Assembly: GCF_001194135.2 (NCBI RefSeq)
Contig: NC_068989.1
Location: forward strand, 21,009,546-21,055,377
Direction: 5' to 3'
DNA: 45,832 nucleotides
Origin: Octopus bimaculoides
Lineage: Eukaryota
Part shown: one piece after another, positions 22,902 to 34,200 of the stretch
How positions within the stretch are numbered: the stretch's first letter is position 1
Layout of the letters: each line of letters starts with the position of its first letter
The notes under the pieces: generated by a model
What the model was told of the DNA's origin: nothing
The model's input: the letters and a program-made list of their open reading frames with translations, nothing else
Databases searched by the model: none
Position numbers and translations under genes: made by a program

Positions 22902-23299
22902 ATAACACCGGGAACGTTTAACAGAAGATAACGCCGGGGACGTTTAACATGTGAGAACGATAAAACACTGCTCCTTGTGTGAAGTAAAAGGTGTGTGTGT
23001 ATATGGTCATGTGTTTCAGTCTTCATCTGCGTATGTGTGCTTGTTTGTTCATATAACCTATGTACCTATCCGTCTGTATGTCTGTCTGTTTACTTTCATA
23101 TCCATATGCTTACATACATGTGCATATATATATATATATATACACATATACGTATAGACATACACCCACATACACACATACATACATCTATCTACATGAC
23201 AGCCCACTAAGTATTCTACTCAACCTGTATAAACTGTGGGTATGGGGGTATGATATCTACTACGTATATTTCCTATTTAGTATTGGCTTCATTTATGAG

Positions 23300-23870
23300 G
23301 ACGTACTCCTGTATTTATCTGAGTGTTGGGTCCTTTGAGTGCTTGCATAAGATGCGGATGTCAAGTAGACCCAGTTTGCCTCCATGTTGGTCCTTTGCAT
23401 GTTGGTAGAATATGGAGGAGTGTTCTTTGTTGTCGTATTGTCTCAAATATTCATTTATCGTTCCGCAATGCTCCTACATGTCTCCCCTATGTATTTCATG
23501 TCTATGTCTTTAGAAGCACCTTTTATGCATCTTATGCTGTAAACTACATTTCTAGTTCTGCAGTTAATGTCAGGGTTAATTCTACGTACCATGCTGTTAT
23601 CATTGGTGCATATAGTATTCTCAAAGAGGTATGTCCTACATAGCTGTGATCTGACGGAGTTCCATGGCTTTTTAACAATCTTAATGTTGAGTTTGGTCTC
23701 CTTCAGAGCTTTCTTAAATCCATGGGCTAGTTCTCTATGGGCTGTGGCCTCTACAAACATAATGATAACAATGATGATACTTTTATTTGAAAAAATAAAT
23801 ATATTGAGACACACACTGACACTTATTTTTCCCTGCAGCCCTTCTTGGTTAACAATTTTTTGTAAATGAT
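23300..23870 (-). mobile_element. Penelope-like element fragment (linker and GIY-YIG start)
   Basis: ELAHGFKKALKETKLNIKIV...CRTY...NCRTRNVVYSIRC...YIGETCRSIAER, homologous to the ORF at 13984-14600. Confidence 0.8.
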
Positions 23871-24212
23871 TTCTGGGAGTAAAACTAGACGGTGGACAAC
23901 TTAAAGCAACAGAATTCACACTTCAGCTACATTTAGAACAACAAATTTCTCCAATTCTCCCCAGTGGCCATCTATCCGACCCCTATAGCAGTGTAATTAG
24001 CAGTTAAATCGCACTATGAAACCCTGTCGTTCAAATTGTACTTTCTATTGCCGATCCAGAGAGAATGACAGGCAAAGGTAACTTTGGCAAAACTTTGAAC
24101 TCACAATATAAAGGCCCCTAGGGATTTACAGCACGAAATCTTGTCTGACGGTATATTCTAACAATACATCTATATTCATTGCCTAAAATACTACTTTTTT
24201 TCTTTTCTCTAG

Positions 24213-24397
24213 TAATCCTAACAATGGAGATTGTTCTAGTTGCTCCAGTGAACCATGGCCAAAATTCACACCCGAAAACCAGAAATATCTTGTGATTGAC
24301 AAGGAACCAAACATGGAGACGAAAGAGATTTCTATGTACAATACATGCGGCTTTTGGTCAGATTTTTTCTTTCAATTAAGGGAACGTCCTTGTCCAG
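24213..24397 (+). CDS. Cholinesterase-like gene, penultimate coding exon: (G)NPNNGDCSSCSSEPWPKFTPENQKYLVIDKEPNMETKEISMYNTCGFWSDFFFQLRERPCP
   Basis: Polypyrimidine acceptor ttttcttttctctAG at 24212 and phase match to the 19962 donor. Family motifs GNPN, WP.F, YL and C.FW; CAG|GTAATT phase-1 donor. Confidence 0.92.
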
Positions 24398-24478
24398 GTA
24401 ATTTTTTCATTTACCCCTCTTTCAGTTTCTGTTGACATACAGTCATATTCATTTTAAGTACTTTTTACTTTCCTTCAG

Positions 24479-24546
24479 AGGTGACGAATTTGGCAAATTC
24501 TACTATAGAAATCTTGTTCTGTACTTTTTCAGGTGTAATAAATTAA
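24479..24546 (+). CDS. Candidate proximal last exon: (E)VTNLANSTIEILFCTFSGVIN* (or (G)VIN* from the acceptor at 24532)
   Basis: Acceptors tttccttcAG (24478) and tttttcAG (24532) are both in frame with phase 1; AATAAA at 24608. Confidence 0.45.
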
Positions 24547-25039
24547 GAATATTAATATCCATGCGCTCGTATTTTTCATTGTAATCCTTTTTTTAGCCAG
24601 GGAATGCAATAAAACTAATATTCATTTGTAAAAAAATTTTGAATTATATTTCATTGTTAATGATTGAATTAAAATAAGAATTTTATGAATGAAGAATGTA
24701 ATTATAATTGTGAAAGTTATTAGACTTCATATCTTCACTGTATATAAAATTTTTATATAGAAAACAACGTGCATAAAACGAACGCGCCAAGAGAGAAAGT
24801 GCAAAAATTCATTATAAAAAATATTTTTCTATATAATAGTGAATATTTGATGTAATAATAATTTTATTATGTAATCAAGAAATAAATGTGCCATATCTAT
24901 ATATAGTAAGAAGATCTAGCAAGAAGAGGTATAAGAATATATCAACTATATGGTAAGAATAGAATATGATCAAAGCCATAGCTAATATAAAATTTTAAAA
25001 AATGCAAAAATAGCCAATGCATTCAGTGTAAGGCAGGAG

Positions 25040-26038
25040 GTGCTACCTGCCCTTGTTAGGAGAAAGTTAGTTTGTTCGTCGAAATTGATGCCAAATAAAA
25101 ACAAAGCCAGCAATTCAGTTACAGTTCTTGTCAACTTGCCTGAAAATAGAAAATCTGAACCCTGTTACTCTGCAAATCCAATCATTCTGTCTGAAAGCAA
25201 AAGCCTTGATAATTTACCGTAGGAATTAATAATCTAAATTCTGCCACTCTTAATATTGAATTAATGTTTAAAAGCAAACAAAAATCTTCTCAAAAGTTCG
25301 GAAGTTCTTACAACTTTGGTCGTCGTAATGCTTTGCCTTCTTTTGTTTAATAAAAATTCCTCCTCGTATAATGATTTTGATTTCATTTTGTGATAGACAG
25401 ATATCATACAAAAAATGCCATCTTCTAATCTTGTTTTAGCAAAATACGAGAGTCAGTAATATGACGCGGTTCAGAAAGTTATTCAATACTTTGGAAATCT
25501 GAATACAAACGTGGTCAGGATATACGTTCAAATAACTAAGACAAATTCCATTTGTACAAACATGGGTATCATTCAACAATGTCATAATGAAGAAATTCAA
25601 CTGTTTGTAAAAAGAACCAGAAAGCAATAATTCATTTTACACTCTTTTAGAATGCTGAACAATTGTGTGCAAAAAGGATATTACTGTGTATAAACGTTAA
25701 AATTTAGACCTCAGTCTGACGAGAATATAATGGAATACAAGAATGGATTTGGTTTCACTTACTACATACCTACATGCCTTAAAGATGGAACTGGATATAA
25801 ATTCCATAGTATAGACGCTATTACTGCTGAAAAGACTAAATTCCGTAAGCCGGATAGATTGATATAAACTCATTGCAGCAACCACTTGAATGTCAAGTGA
25901 AGAATTGGTTACGAAGAATCAAAGATGCCCAGGATAACCTGGCAAGTCTGTGAACGTAATAATAAGGAAAGCGAACAAGCTACTTTCCATGTTCTGGATG
26001 AGGCTGATAGAATGAGAAGCTTCAAAAGACGTGGTTGA
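25040..26038 (+). pseudogene. Decayed intronless reading frame of unknown origin with an F-box-like motif
   Basis: About 333 codons in one frame with 11 stops (roughly 24 expected at about 67% AT); SLDNLP*ELII*ILPLL near the start. Confidence 0.35.
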
Positions 26039-26897
26039 TGTCTATTTGAAGGCGCGTTCTAGCCTTAGAGTTGTTGCTTGAATCCTTACAACGCCAACCA
26101 AGGACAACAAACTCACGCCTCATTGAAAAAATAGTTTCATCATGTCTTACTACATTACCCCTCAGCAGACTGAAAGTCGATAATAAACCAAACAATGTGT
26201 ATAAAATAAACATCAAGGCAAAATAAATGTTTACAACAAGAATTAAATATTCATACAAGTGCAAGAAAAGGAAACGAAACACCATATATGTATAAATAAA
26301 CACTGCAAAACTAGGAAAATGGAAACAACAACCATAATGGTACAAAGTATAAGTACTGGTGACTATATTATGTGAGCTAGCAGTAGCCATAGGAAAAATT
26401 TGAAGATGTGCCTGGCACTATTTTCGTGCGCATTTGCTAAGATTAGCAAGGACCACAGAATTTCATGCTGGTGCGTTGCTAAAAGATAAACAACCCTTTC
26501 TGTTAATTACATGACCAACCATGGGTCCAATAGAGGCACGCTGTGTCTGATATGAGCGCAGGGAGCTTGAGATAATATGTAATGTACTAAGCTGAACAGA
26601 CACCGTTATTGTGATATAACTCAATACAAAGGCACGATAATGGGGTGGAATGTATATACGAACGTTGCAAGGGAAAAATTAACCAACAAAATACAGAATA
26701 TTTACAAACGTATTCCTATGAATAGAACAAGTGTTCTGGAAAAGGAAAACTCCGCCAACCCTACCTGGTTAGCATCTATCCAAGTATAACTAACTTGCGC
26801 CCCAGTGTAGAAAAGAACTTCATCATGTCTTTCTACACTGTTTTCTGACTAGGTGAAAATGATTAAACTTTAGACCTCAGTAACATATTTCTGCAGT

Positions 26898-27147
26898 ATG
26901 TATGTATGTATGTATGTATGTATGTATGTATGTATGTATGCATGTATGTATGTATGTATGTATGTATGTATGTGTGTGTATGTGCATGTGTCTGTGTGTG
27001 AGTCTTTATTTACGATGGACAGCAGAAAAGAGTCCATTTGTCATCAATTGTTGTCAGCTTACCCTCTCCCTCCTTAAAGCTACCTATTCGTCACACTCAC
27101 ATTTGTTCCCTTTCATGGGCATTTTAAAAGTTACTTATGTGTATGTG

Positions 27148-27190
<43 letters not shown>
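26898..27190. repeat. (TATG)n and (TG)n microsatellites
   Basis: Direct reading. Confidence 0.8.
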
Positions 27191-27599
27191 ATTTACGAAA
27201 GTATGTATGCTGTGTCGCGTGTTTATCCCTGAATTCGAGTTCAGGCATTATTCTCCCCTTTTTCACCTTACATAATTGAAATCTCAACTTTTGTTTCTAC
27301 TGAACCAAATTTCAAATTTTGTAGCTCAAAATGCAGCTTAATAGGTAACCAATCTAAAAATGTATAAACAACATCACATTTGGTAAAAAAAAAAAATGAA
27401 TTAGTGACAGAGCCTAGAAGTGGGTAAATGTTCATCTTGTGAATGATATTGCAATATATATTTATTACAATATAGTGTATTCTATGAATATGAGGTAGAT
27501 CTTTTCAAGACACCTAAATACTGTATTAAATCAAACATTTTGCAATATTGGTTTCCAAATTTGGCAGAAGACCTTCAAATCCGAATCCGGAGGAGAGGG

Positions 27600-27768
27600 A
27601 ATTTGATTACATAGATCTCGGTGCTCAGCTGATACTTATTTTATCGAGTACCGAAAAGATGAAAGGCAAAGACGACGTTGGTGGAATTTGAACTCAGAAT
27701 GTAGAGACAGACGAAATGCAGCGAAGCTTTCACCCTGCGTGTTAACAATTCTGCCAGATCGTCGTCTC
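27600..27768 (-). mobile_element. SINE (family of 11614), degenerate
   Basis: gatgaaaggcaaagacgac...gaatttgaactcagaa...ttctgccag is the reverse complement of the SINE body. Confidence 0.8.
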
Positions 27769-28648
27769 AGTATTATAAGTAATAATATTACTTGAAAATA
27801 ATTTTACGTACTTATATAATAACTTCTTTTCAATTTGAATATTTTTTTGAAAAGATTACCACCACGACACTCGTTTTGATGAGTTCTATCTTATGAGCTA
27901 AACAAAAACAACATTTTTACACAAAAACAAAATGTTTAGGTTCTGAATTTGCTTTTAGGCGTTATCGCTGTTTTCGGCACATTTGGACCCAGTAATTTTT
28001 ATCTTGATTTTTTAAAAATATATAATTAGCATCCTGTAGTCAAGATCTATTAGAAAAGTTAAATTTAAATATAGTTTCCATTTGAAAGAAGAATAATATT
28101 TGGAGTCAAAGTCGATTTCAGGCTTTAATCTCCCATTTTCCCTGGTCTTTACCTCAGTACAGTTTTTCCACTGAATATTTTTGCGTATAACTAACATGGA
28201 TAGATTCCTGTCGTCGAGCTCTATCATATAAGTTGAAATAAAATATAGGCTTATTAAAAAATGAATATTTGGACTCAAAGTCGATTTCAAGCGTTATTCT
28301 CACGTTTGTGAGCTCACATGTTTGACTCAAACTTATTTCTCCTGAAACAATTTTCAAATTCTTTGGCTCGAAATGTAGCTTATGATATGACCAATCTAAA
28401 AATGCAAACATCATCTAATTTGGTTGAGAATGGAGTTAGTGACAAAGCTTAGAAATGTTCGCAAGTGAGTAAATGTTGACCTTAAGAATATTATTAATAC
28501 ACTACCGTGTGTGAATGATTTTAATTTCATATTCATTATTTTAGCCATCAGCAAATTGAAACGAGTTAATGATCAACATTTTCAGTTATAATAAGTACAC
28601 GAAATAGTATTACGATCTAACATTTTATTGGTTTCATATTATGTATAG

Positions 28649-28737
28649 CTTCTGGCCAACAAGCATTCTAGTGGTATTTATATCATCTTTTCCTTTGTAT
28701 AGAGTATTTGGGAGCATATTGTTTAATAATGATTTGA
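28649..28737 (+). pseudogene. Paralog of the 335-423 candidate exon with an in-frame TAG: (A)SGQQAF*WYLYHLFLCIEYLGAYCLIMI*
   Basis: AG at 28647-48, ungapped alignment and same terminal TGA; premature TAG at 28669. Confidence 0.3.
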
Positions 28738-28803
28738 TACGCTTGGGTCGGGGAGACAGTGAAGTCGGTTCTATTGACCATGTACAGAGATATATATTTC
28801 ATC

Positions 28804-28975
28804 TACGAGGGCGTACTGGAAAGCTCCTAGCTTTAAAGGTGTCTCGAAAGGCCTTGTTGGAGTCCTAAACTTCTGAGTTCTTTTACAGAGCTTAAAAAAC
28901 TTAAGGGCCGCTGCAGAAAGTGTGTGAATCTGAGAGGGGAATATGTTGAATAAAATCATAATTGATTCTCGTGTA
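28804..28975 (+). mobile_element. Internally deleted mariner element (MITE-sized)
   Basis: Starts TACGAGGG and ends CTCGTGTA. Retains the transposase C-terminus KCVNLRGEYVE* (28918-28953). Absent from the paralogous region at about 484. Confidence 0.75.
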
Positions 28976-29084
28976 TTTTCATGCACCAAAAGCAACATAC
29001 ATACAATAATTATTACTTGTAATTTTAATATCATGCAAATTAACAAAATTAATGGTGAATATTTTATTTCATTGTATTTTTCAG

Positions 29085-29173
29085 TACCAAGTGGATCACG
29101 GAATATTTGGACTTTCCAGGGAAGAGTAATGACCTTTTTCACACCCATTCTGCTCTCTTTGACTTTGTTTTGA
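29085..29173 (+). CDS. Distal last exon encoding a GPI-anchor-like signal, (V)PSGSRNIWTFQGRVMTFFTPILLSLTLF*, probably of the cholinesterase-like gene
   Basis: Acceptor gtatttttcAG at 29084, phase 1 matching the 24397 donor, hydrophobic tail and AATAAA at 29243. Conserved paralog at 576-679. Confidence 0.6.
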
Positions 29174-29242
29174 AAGGTTTTGATTTAATGTTACGTCAGT
29201 TAATTACATCGCTCAATTAAAGTTTGACAGTTTTATATGATT

Positions 29243-29248
29243 AATAAA
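29243..29248 (+). terminator. Polyadenylation signal AATAAA
   Basis: 70 nt after the stop and conserved in the paralog. Confidence 0.5.
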
Positions 29249-29439
29249 ATAATTTTGCTATACCTTGTATTTTGTATGTATTAAACCAAATACATTTACA
29301 TAATATCATATTATATTACATACAAACACGCATACACACTTATATATATATATACATATAAATGTGTATTTGTATACACATGCACACTCTCTCTCACACA
29401 CACATATATATGTATATATATATTACTATATAGATATGC

Positions 29440-29509
<70 letters not shown>

Positions 29510-30229
29510 AGGGCTCTGAAACTCCATCGAATATACGCTAAGAACAAAAATCAAAATTCTACATACCACTCTAAAACATAGCTTTCTATTTATAACCACA
29601 GGTCGGATGCGAGGTAATGGGCCAGAAGATTTAAGAATTTCGGATAATCCTATGTCTTCAGATTTCATTATCTGCTATAGAAATTGCTTTGCAATCTTCA
29701 GTAGCGATAAATCGATAAACATATAAACAAGAAATACATATACATACCGATAAATAACTTCGTAGATACCAACATATACATGCATATAATTATAAATTTA
29801 AAAGAAATTAATTTTACAGACACGGTCACTTTTTATACGATAGCCACTGATATAATAATTTTAACGATTGTATCCTTAATATATGTATATATATATATGT
29901 GTGTGTGTGTATGTGTATGTGTGTGTGTATGTGTGTGTGTGTGTTTATGTGTGTGTATGTATAATATAGCCTTTGGTTAAGCTGCGGCCGGTCAGGAAGT
30001 TACCTTTGGTTTCTCACCTATAATACTCCTAGTAATAATATCAACCATGCAAACCTGCTGGCCGAAGGTACATAACCTCTCCACTAACGGAAGAAGGAAT
30101 ACAGCCTCGATTAGCTAGTGTTGTGAAACATTTTCAGAAACGAATTTTTTCGAAGATATATCCCTTCTTATGAACATGGTGTTATCTCCCTGTAACTGAT
30201 TCCAGTTTTGTCCGAAAAGGGGCAGATTA

Positions 30230-30430
30230 TATACTATTTCCATTCCCTTGCCAGTAGGTGAGGAATTTGATGTCTCCAGCATAAATTTCCTGCACCGAAT
30301 TTAAGAAGATCTCTGGGTCAAGCAAAGTTTGCATCGTCTGCTCCCGTTGAGGTATGGTCGACGCTGTTCCAGGAACTTCCGTTTAATTCATGTATGGATT
30401 ACTCTCTTCTTATCACAGGTAGTTTACCAA
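30230..30430 (-). mobile_element. Penelope-like GIY-YIG C-terminal remnant
   Basis: IKRKFLEQRRPYLNGSRRCKLCLTQR resembles the IKW.I...A.PY.NGSKRC.LCL.EK motif of PLE endonucleases. Confidence 0.6.
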
Positions 30431-30899
30431 AGGGGTAAATTTACACCTCTCTCGGATCTTAAAAGAGAACCTGTTGTTATTCAGTCGCCGCTTAAAAGGA
30501 TCCTTCGTTGCTCCAACTTATTTCCGTGAATGCGTCCTTACGCTATAGGTGATGTCGCTGCTGGTTCTGTTGTTACTGTCGGACACGCTGTTGGTGCTGC
30601 TACAATTGCTGTTGCTGCTTCTATCGTCACCGTTTCTGCTGTTACTGTCGAATGACTTCGTAAATGGATCTGCGTCGCAATCGACATTGAGTCCTTCAGT
30701 TGTTTTATCAAGTAATCTGCATTATCGATATTTATGCTGTTCACCATTCCGTAGTCAGGTATACTCTTGACGTAATGCTTCGTCGGTATTTGCGGAATAT
30801 GCAGTGATGCTGTTTGTTTGTGACTAGGAAGAGTCATTGCGTTAATATTAATAAAACAGGTAATGGTTCATTAGGTAGGTAAATAGATAATACGTACCG

Positions 30900-31276
30900 G
30901 CATGTACATACATGCACACATAAGAACACACACACACAACACGCACAAACACACAAAAACATACGACCATACACACACCCCACGTATACACACGCACTCA
31001 AGCATACATAAGCTCACATTACATACATATATATGCACAGACAGATGCATATATACATACAAGGCATGTACATACATAGATACACATATACATACAAGGC
31101 ATACACACACATCTGCAGGCACACACGCACGCACACATACACACGCACACATACACACGCACACATACACACGCACACATACATACATCTTCCATCCCTA
31201 CATACATATATAAATACACACATCATGCATACATGCATAAATACATACACCATGTATACATACATACATACATACA
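30900..31276. repeat. Compound (CA)n/(CATA)n low-complexity tract
   Basis: Direct reading. Confidence 0.9.
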
Positions 31277-34200
31277 TGGTGGCTGTCTACTCTTTATGCA
31301 GAGTTTGACCACCTCCTTTACTTACACCTTATCCCTATCATGGCATCTGATGTGGCTTTTTAAACCAGACAATGTTCTGAAAAAACACTCACATAGATCG
31401 CACCTCCGATTTGGACCACCAAGAGCTGCAGTTAAATTCTGCTCTTTGTGGATTTGAAAATTTCTTTTGAGGCCTCCGTTGAATTTTCAAACCTGGCATA
31501 CACTGCATTCAAAGGTGTGCACAGACATATGGGCAGAATAGTTGGTGAAGATTCGGTTTCCATGCGTTCGCAGATGAGATTTTGAAGCCAGCAAAAGACA
31601 GGCATGGTCTGTCACAGACTGTGCACACAAAAAGGTCATTGCCATTCACCTTTTCGATCGTTGGATTCTTCCTTAGATCTTTTTGCGTCTTACTTGCGTT
31701 ATCCTGGCCTCTTCAAATGCTTTCACTCCACTTCACACCTTTGTTCCATATCCAACTCGATCCAAAGCAAGGGTTTCTATATCTTCTGGAACCATTCTAA
31801 GTGATTTCATAGTAGTCCTTATGCTATCTTTAAACCTTTTTTTAGGTTTACACCGATAGCGTTTCCCCTCTGCAAGCTCACCATAAAACCGCTGTTTCGG
31901 CATGCGTTCATCTGCCATTCGAACAATATGGCCACACCATCTCAATTGGTTCCTCAAAATCATAGCTTTAATTAAGGTGATGCCTGCAGATGCAAAGGAC
32001 ATCTGTGTTTGGAGTAAAAGAACATTTTGAAAATGTGATGAAGGCATTTGTGGTGGAATTGTTCTAACAATTTAAAATGCCTTTCATAACAAGTCGAAGT
32101 TCCACAGGAATACAACAGGGATGGTAAACACTTGATTTGTAAAGAGCCAGATTTGCATTCTTATTTATACGTCACTGGCATCAAACGCGTGACTCCAAGC
32201 CTCCAAATGCTTGTCCTGCCCTTTGAATTCGCAGATGTATTTCTGTATCAAGATTTCCATCATTTTGAAAAGGGCTTCCAATGTTGACGAACGAATCGAC
32301 AACCTCAAGTAACTTTCCCTTAACAAATATTTTAGCGGGGTTACAAACAACACCAGACGGAGGTTGATGCATTACAACTGTTATTTATTTTCAAGTTGAT
32401 GGTCAAACCAAAATCATTACAAGCCAAGTCAAATGCAGATACAAGAGACTGCAGACCTGTTTCAGAATGACTGACAAGATCGCAATCGTCAGCGTACAAA
32501 AGTTCCCTAATGAGTGAAGTAAAAACCTTCGTTTTGAATTTCAGTCTGGTCCGATTAAAAAGATTCCCTGTAGTTCGATATTTTATGTAAATACCCTCCT
32601 CGGAGTTTTGAAAAGCATGTGACAACACAACAGCAAAGTATATTGCAAAGAGGATGGGTGCATCATGGTCTCCTCGCTTTACTCCATTTTCCACAGCAAA
32701 AGATTCAGAAAACCTACCACCAAAATTACCTCTAGCTTTCATATCTTGATGCAAAGCCCTGATCATGTTTATAAATTTTTCTGGGCAACATATTTTACTT
32801 AGCATTAATCACAGAGCATTTCGATTAACAGTATCGAATGCTTTGCTCAAATCAACAAAGCAATGGTATAGAGCAAGATTCTGTTCAATGCACTTTTCTT
32901 GTAATTGTCTGACAGTAAAGAAACAATCAGCTGTGCCCCTGGAGGAACGAAAACCACACTGAAATTCAAACACTATATTTGGAACTATAAAGGTATTTAA
33001 ACGATCTAACAAAATGCGGGCAAGTACATTTCCAACCACAGACAAAAGCTAAATCCACGAAAATTACCAAACAGATACTTTGGCCCCGATTTATACAAGG
33101 GTACAAAAATAGCATCAATCCAGCCTTGAGGCATTTTCTTAGTTCTCCAACAGTGACAAATTAATATATTTAAGAGTTCAAACATTTTGTCACACCCATA
33201 TTTCAAGACTTCTGCACAGATTCCATCAGACCCTGTAGACTTATTGTTATTCAACTTATTCACAGTTAAATAAATGTCATTTAGAGTTGGTTCAAATGCC
33301 ATCTCTTCTATAACTGGACGGTTTTCAATTTTTTCAATCGTCTTCATGTCAGCGGATGATGGTCTATTCAAAAGTGCAGAAAAATGTTCTACCCAGCGCT
33401 TATGAAAAGAAGCGGTGTCAGTCAGAAGCAAATGTCCATTTACTGTTCTCACTGGAGCTATTGAAGAAGATTTTGGGCCATATACCTCCTTAACATAAGA
33501 GTACAAACCCCTGGTATAATTTCTCACAACTGATTCTTGTGCCCCTTTTGACCTATCATTCCACCATTCCTGTTTAATTTTCCTTAGAGCAGTCTGCACT
33601 TTCCCTTTCAGTTTTCTGTAAGCTTCGTTTGAGTTGGGGTTCAAGGACTGAGAAAGAAGTGTATTCCCTAAGTTTTGTTTTTCTAAAAGTAGATCATGAA
33701 TTTCTGCTGATCTGTCTGAGAACCAGTCACTGGACTTATGTGATTTAAATCCCACTGACGAACTTGCAGCCTGAAATACTTTTATTTTGAGATAAGTGTT
33801 TGGGTAAAGATTGATACTTTCTATAGCATCATGGAATCTTTGCAAGTTGTTTGATAATTTAAAGTTTGCAACATTTAACTTTTTGAGTACTTTAGGACCA
33901 GACTGTCGAATTTTAGGCATTATCAAAACATCTATTTTTCCACGCACTAGATGATGGTCAGTCCAGCTCTCTGCTCCTTTCATGGCACGAACGCTAGAAA
34001 TGTCTTTCATATCACGTTTTCTGATCAGAATATAATCTATGAGATGCAAGTGCTTAGACCTTGGGTGCATCCAGGTGGTTTTATATTTATTTTTCTGCTT
34101 AAACAGAGTGTTGATGACAAACAGATTATTCTCAGTACAAAACGTCAAAAGAGCTACTCCATTGTTATTGCATTTTCCAATCCCACGTCGACTTAAAACA

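Noticed and set aside
22562-22931. Poly-E, poly-K and poly-S ORFs
   Set aside because: Translations of (AAT)n/(AAG)n repeats and a gap.
26803-26840. 11-bp hairpin cagtgtagaaa / tttctacactg
   Set aside because: Single occurrence, no TA duplication or other context; could be chance or a tiny TE relic.
28771-29148. Minus-strand reading LPWKVQIFRDPLG / NTLYKGKDDIN as a membrane-protein gene
   Set aside because: It shares wobble positions with the plus frame, but the plus strand has the strong acceptors, stop, hydrophobic tail and conserved AATAAA. The minus frame has stops in copy 1 and runs through a MITE.
30549-30770. Leu-rich ORF resembling a signal peptide
   Set aside because: Antisense to low-complexity (GCA/ACA)-rich sequence; no splice or homology support.
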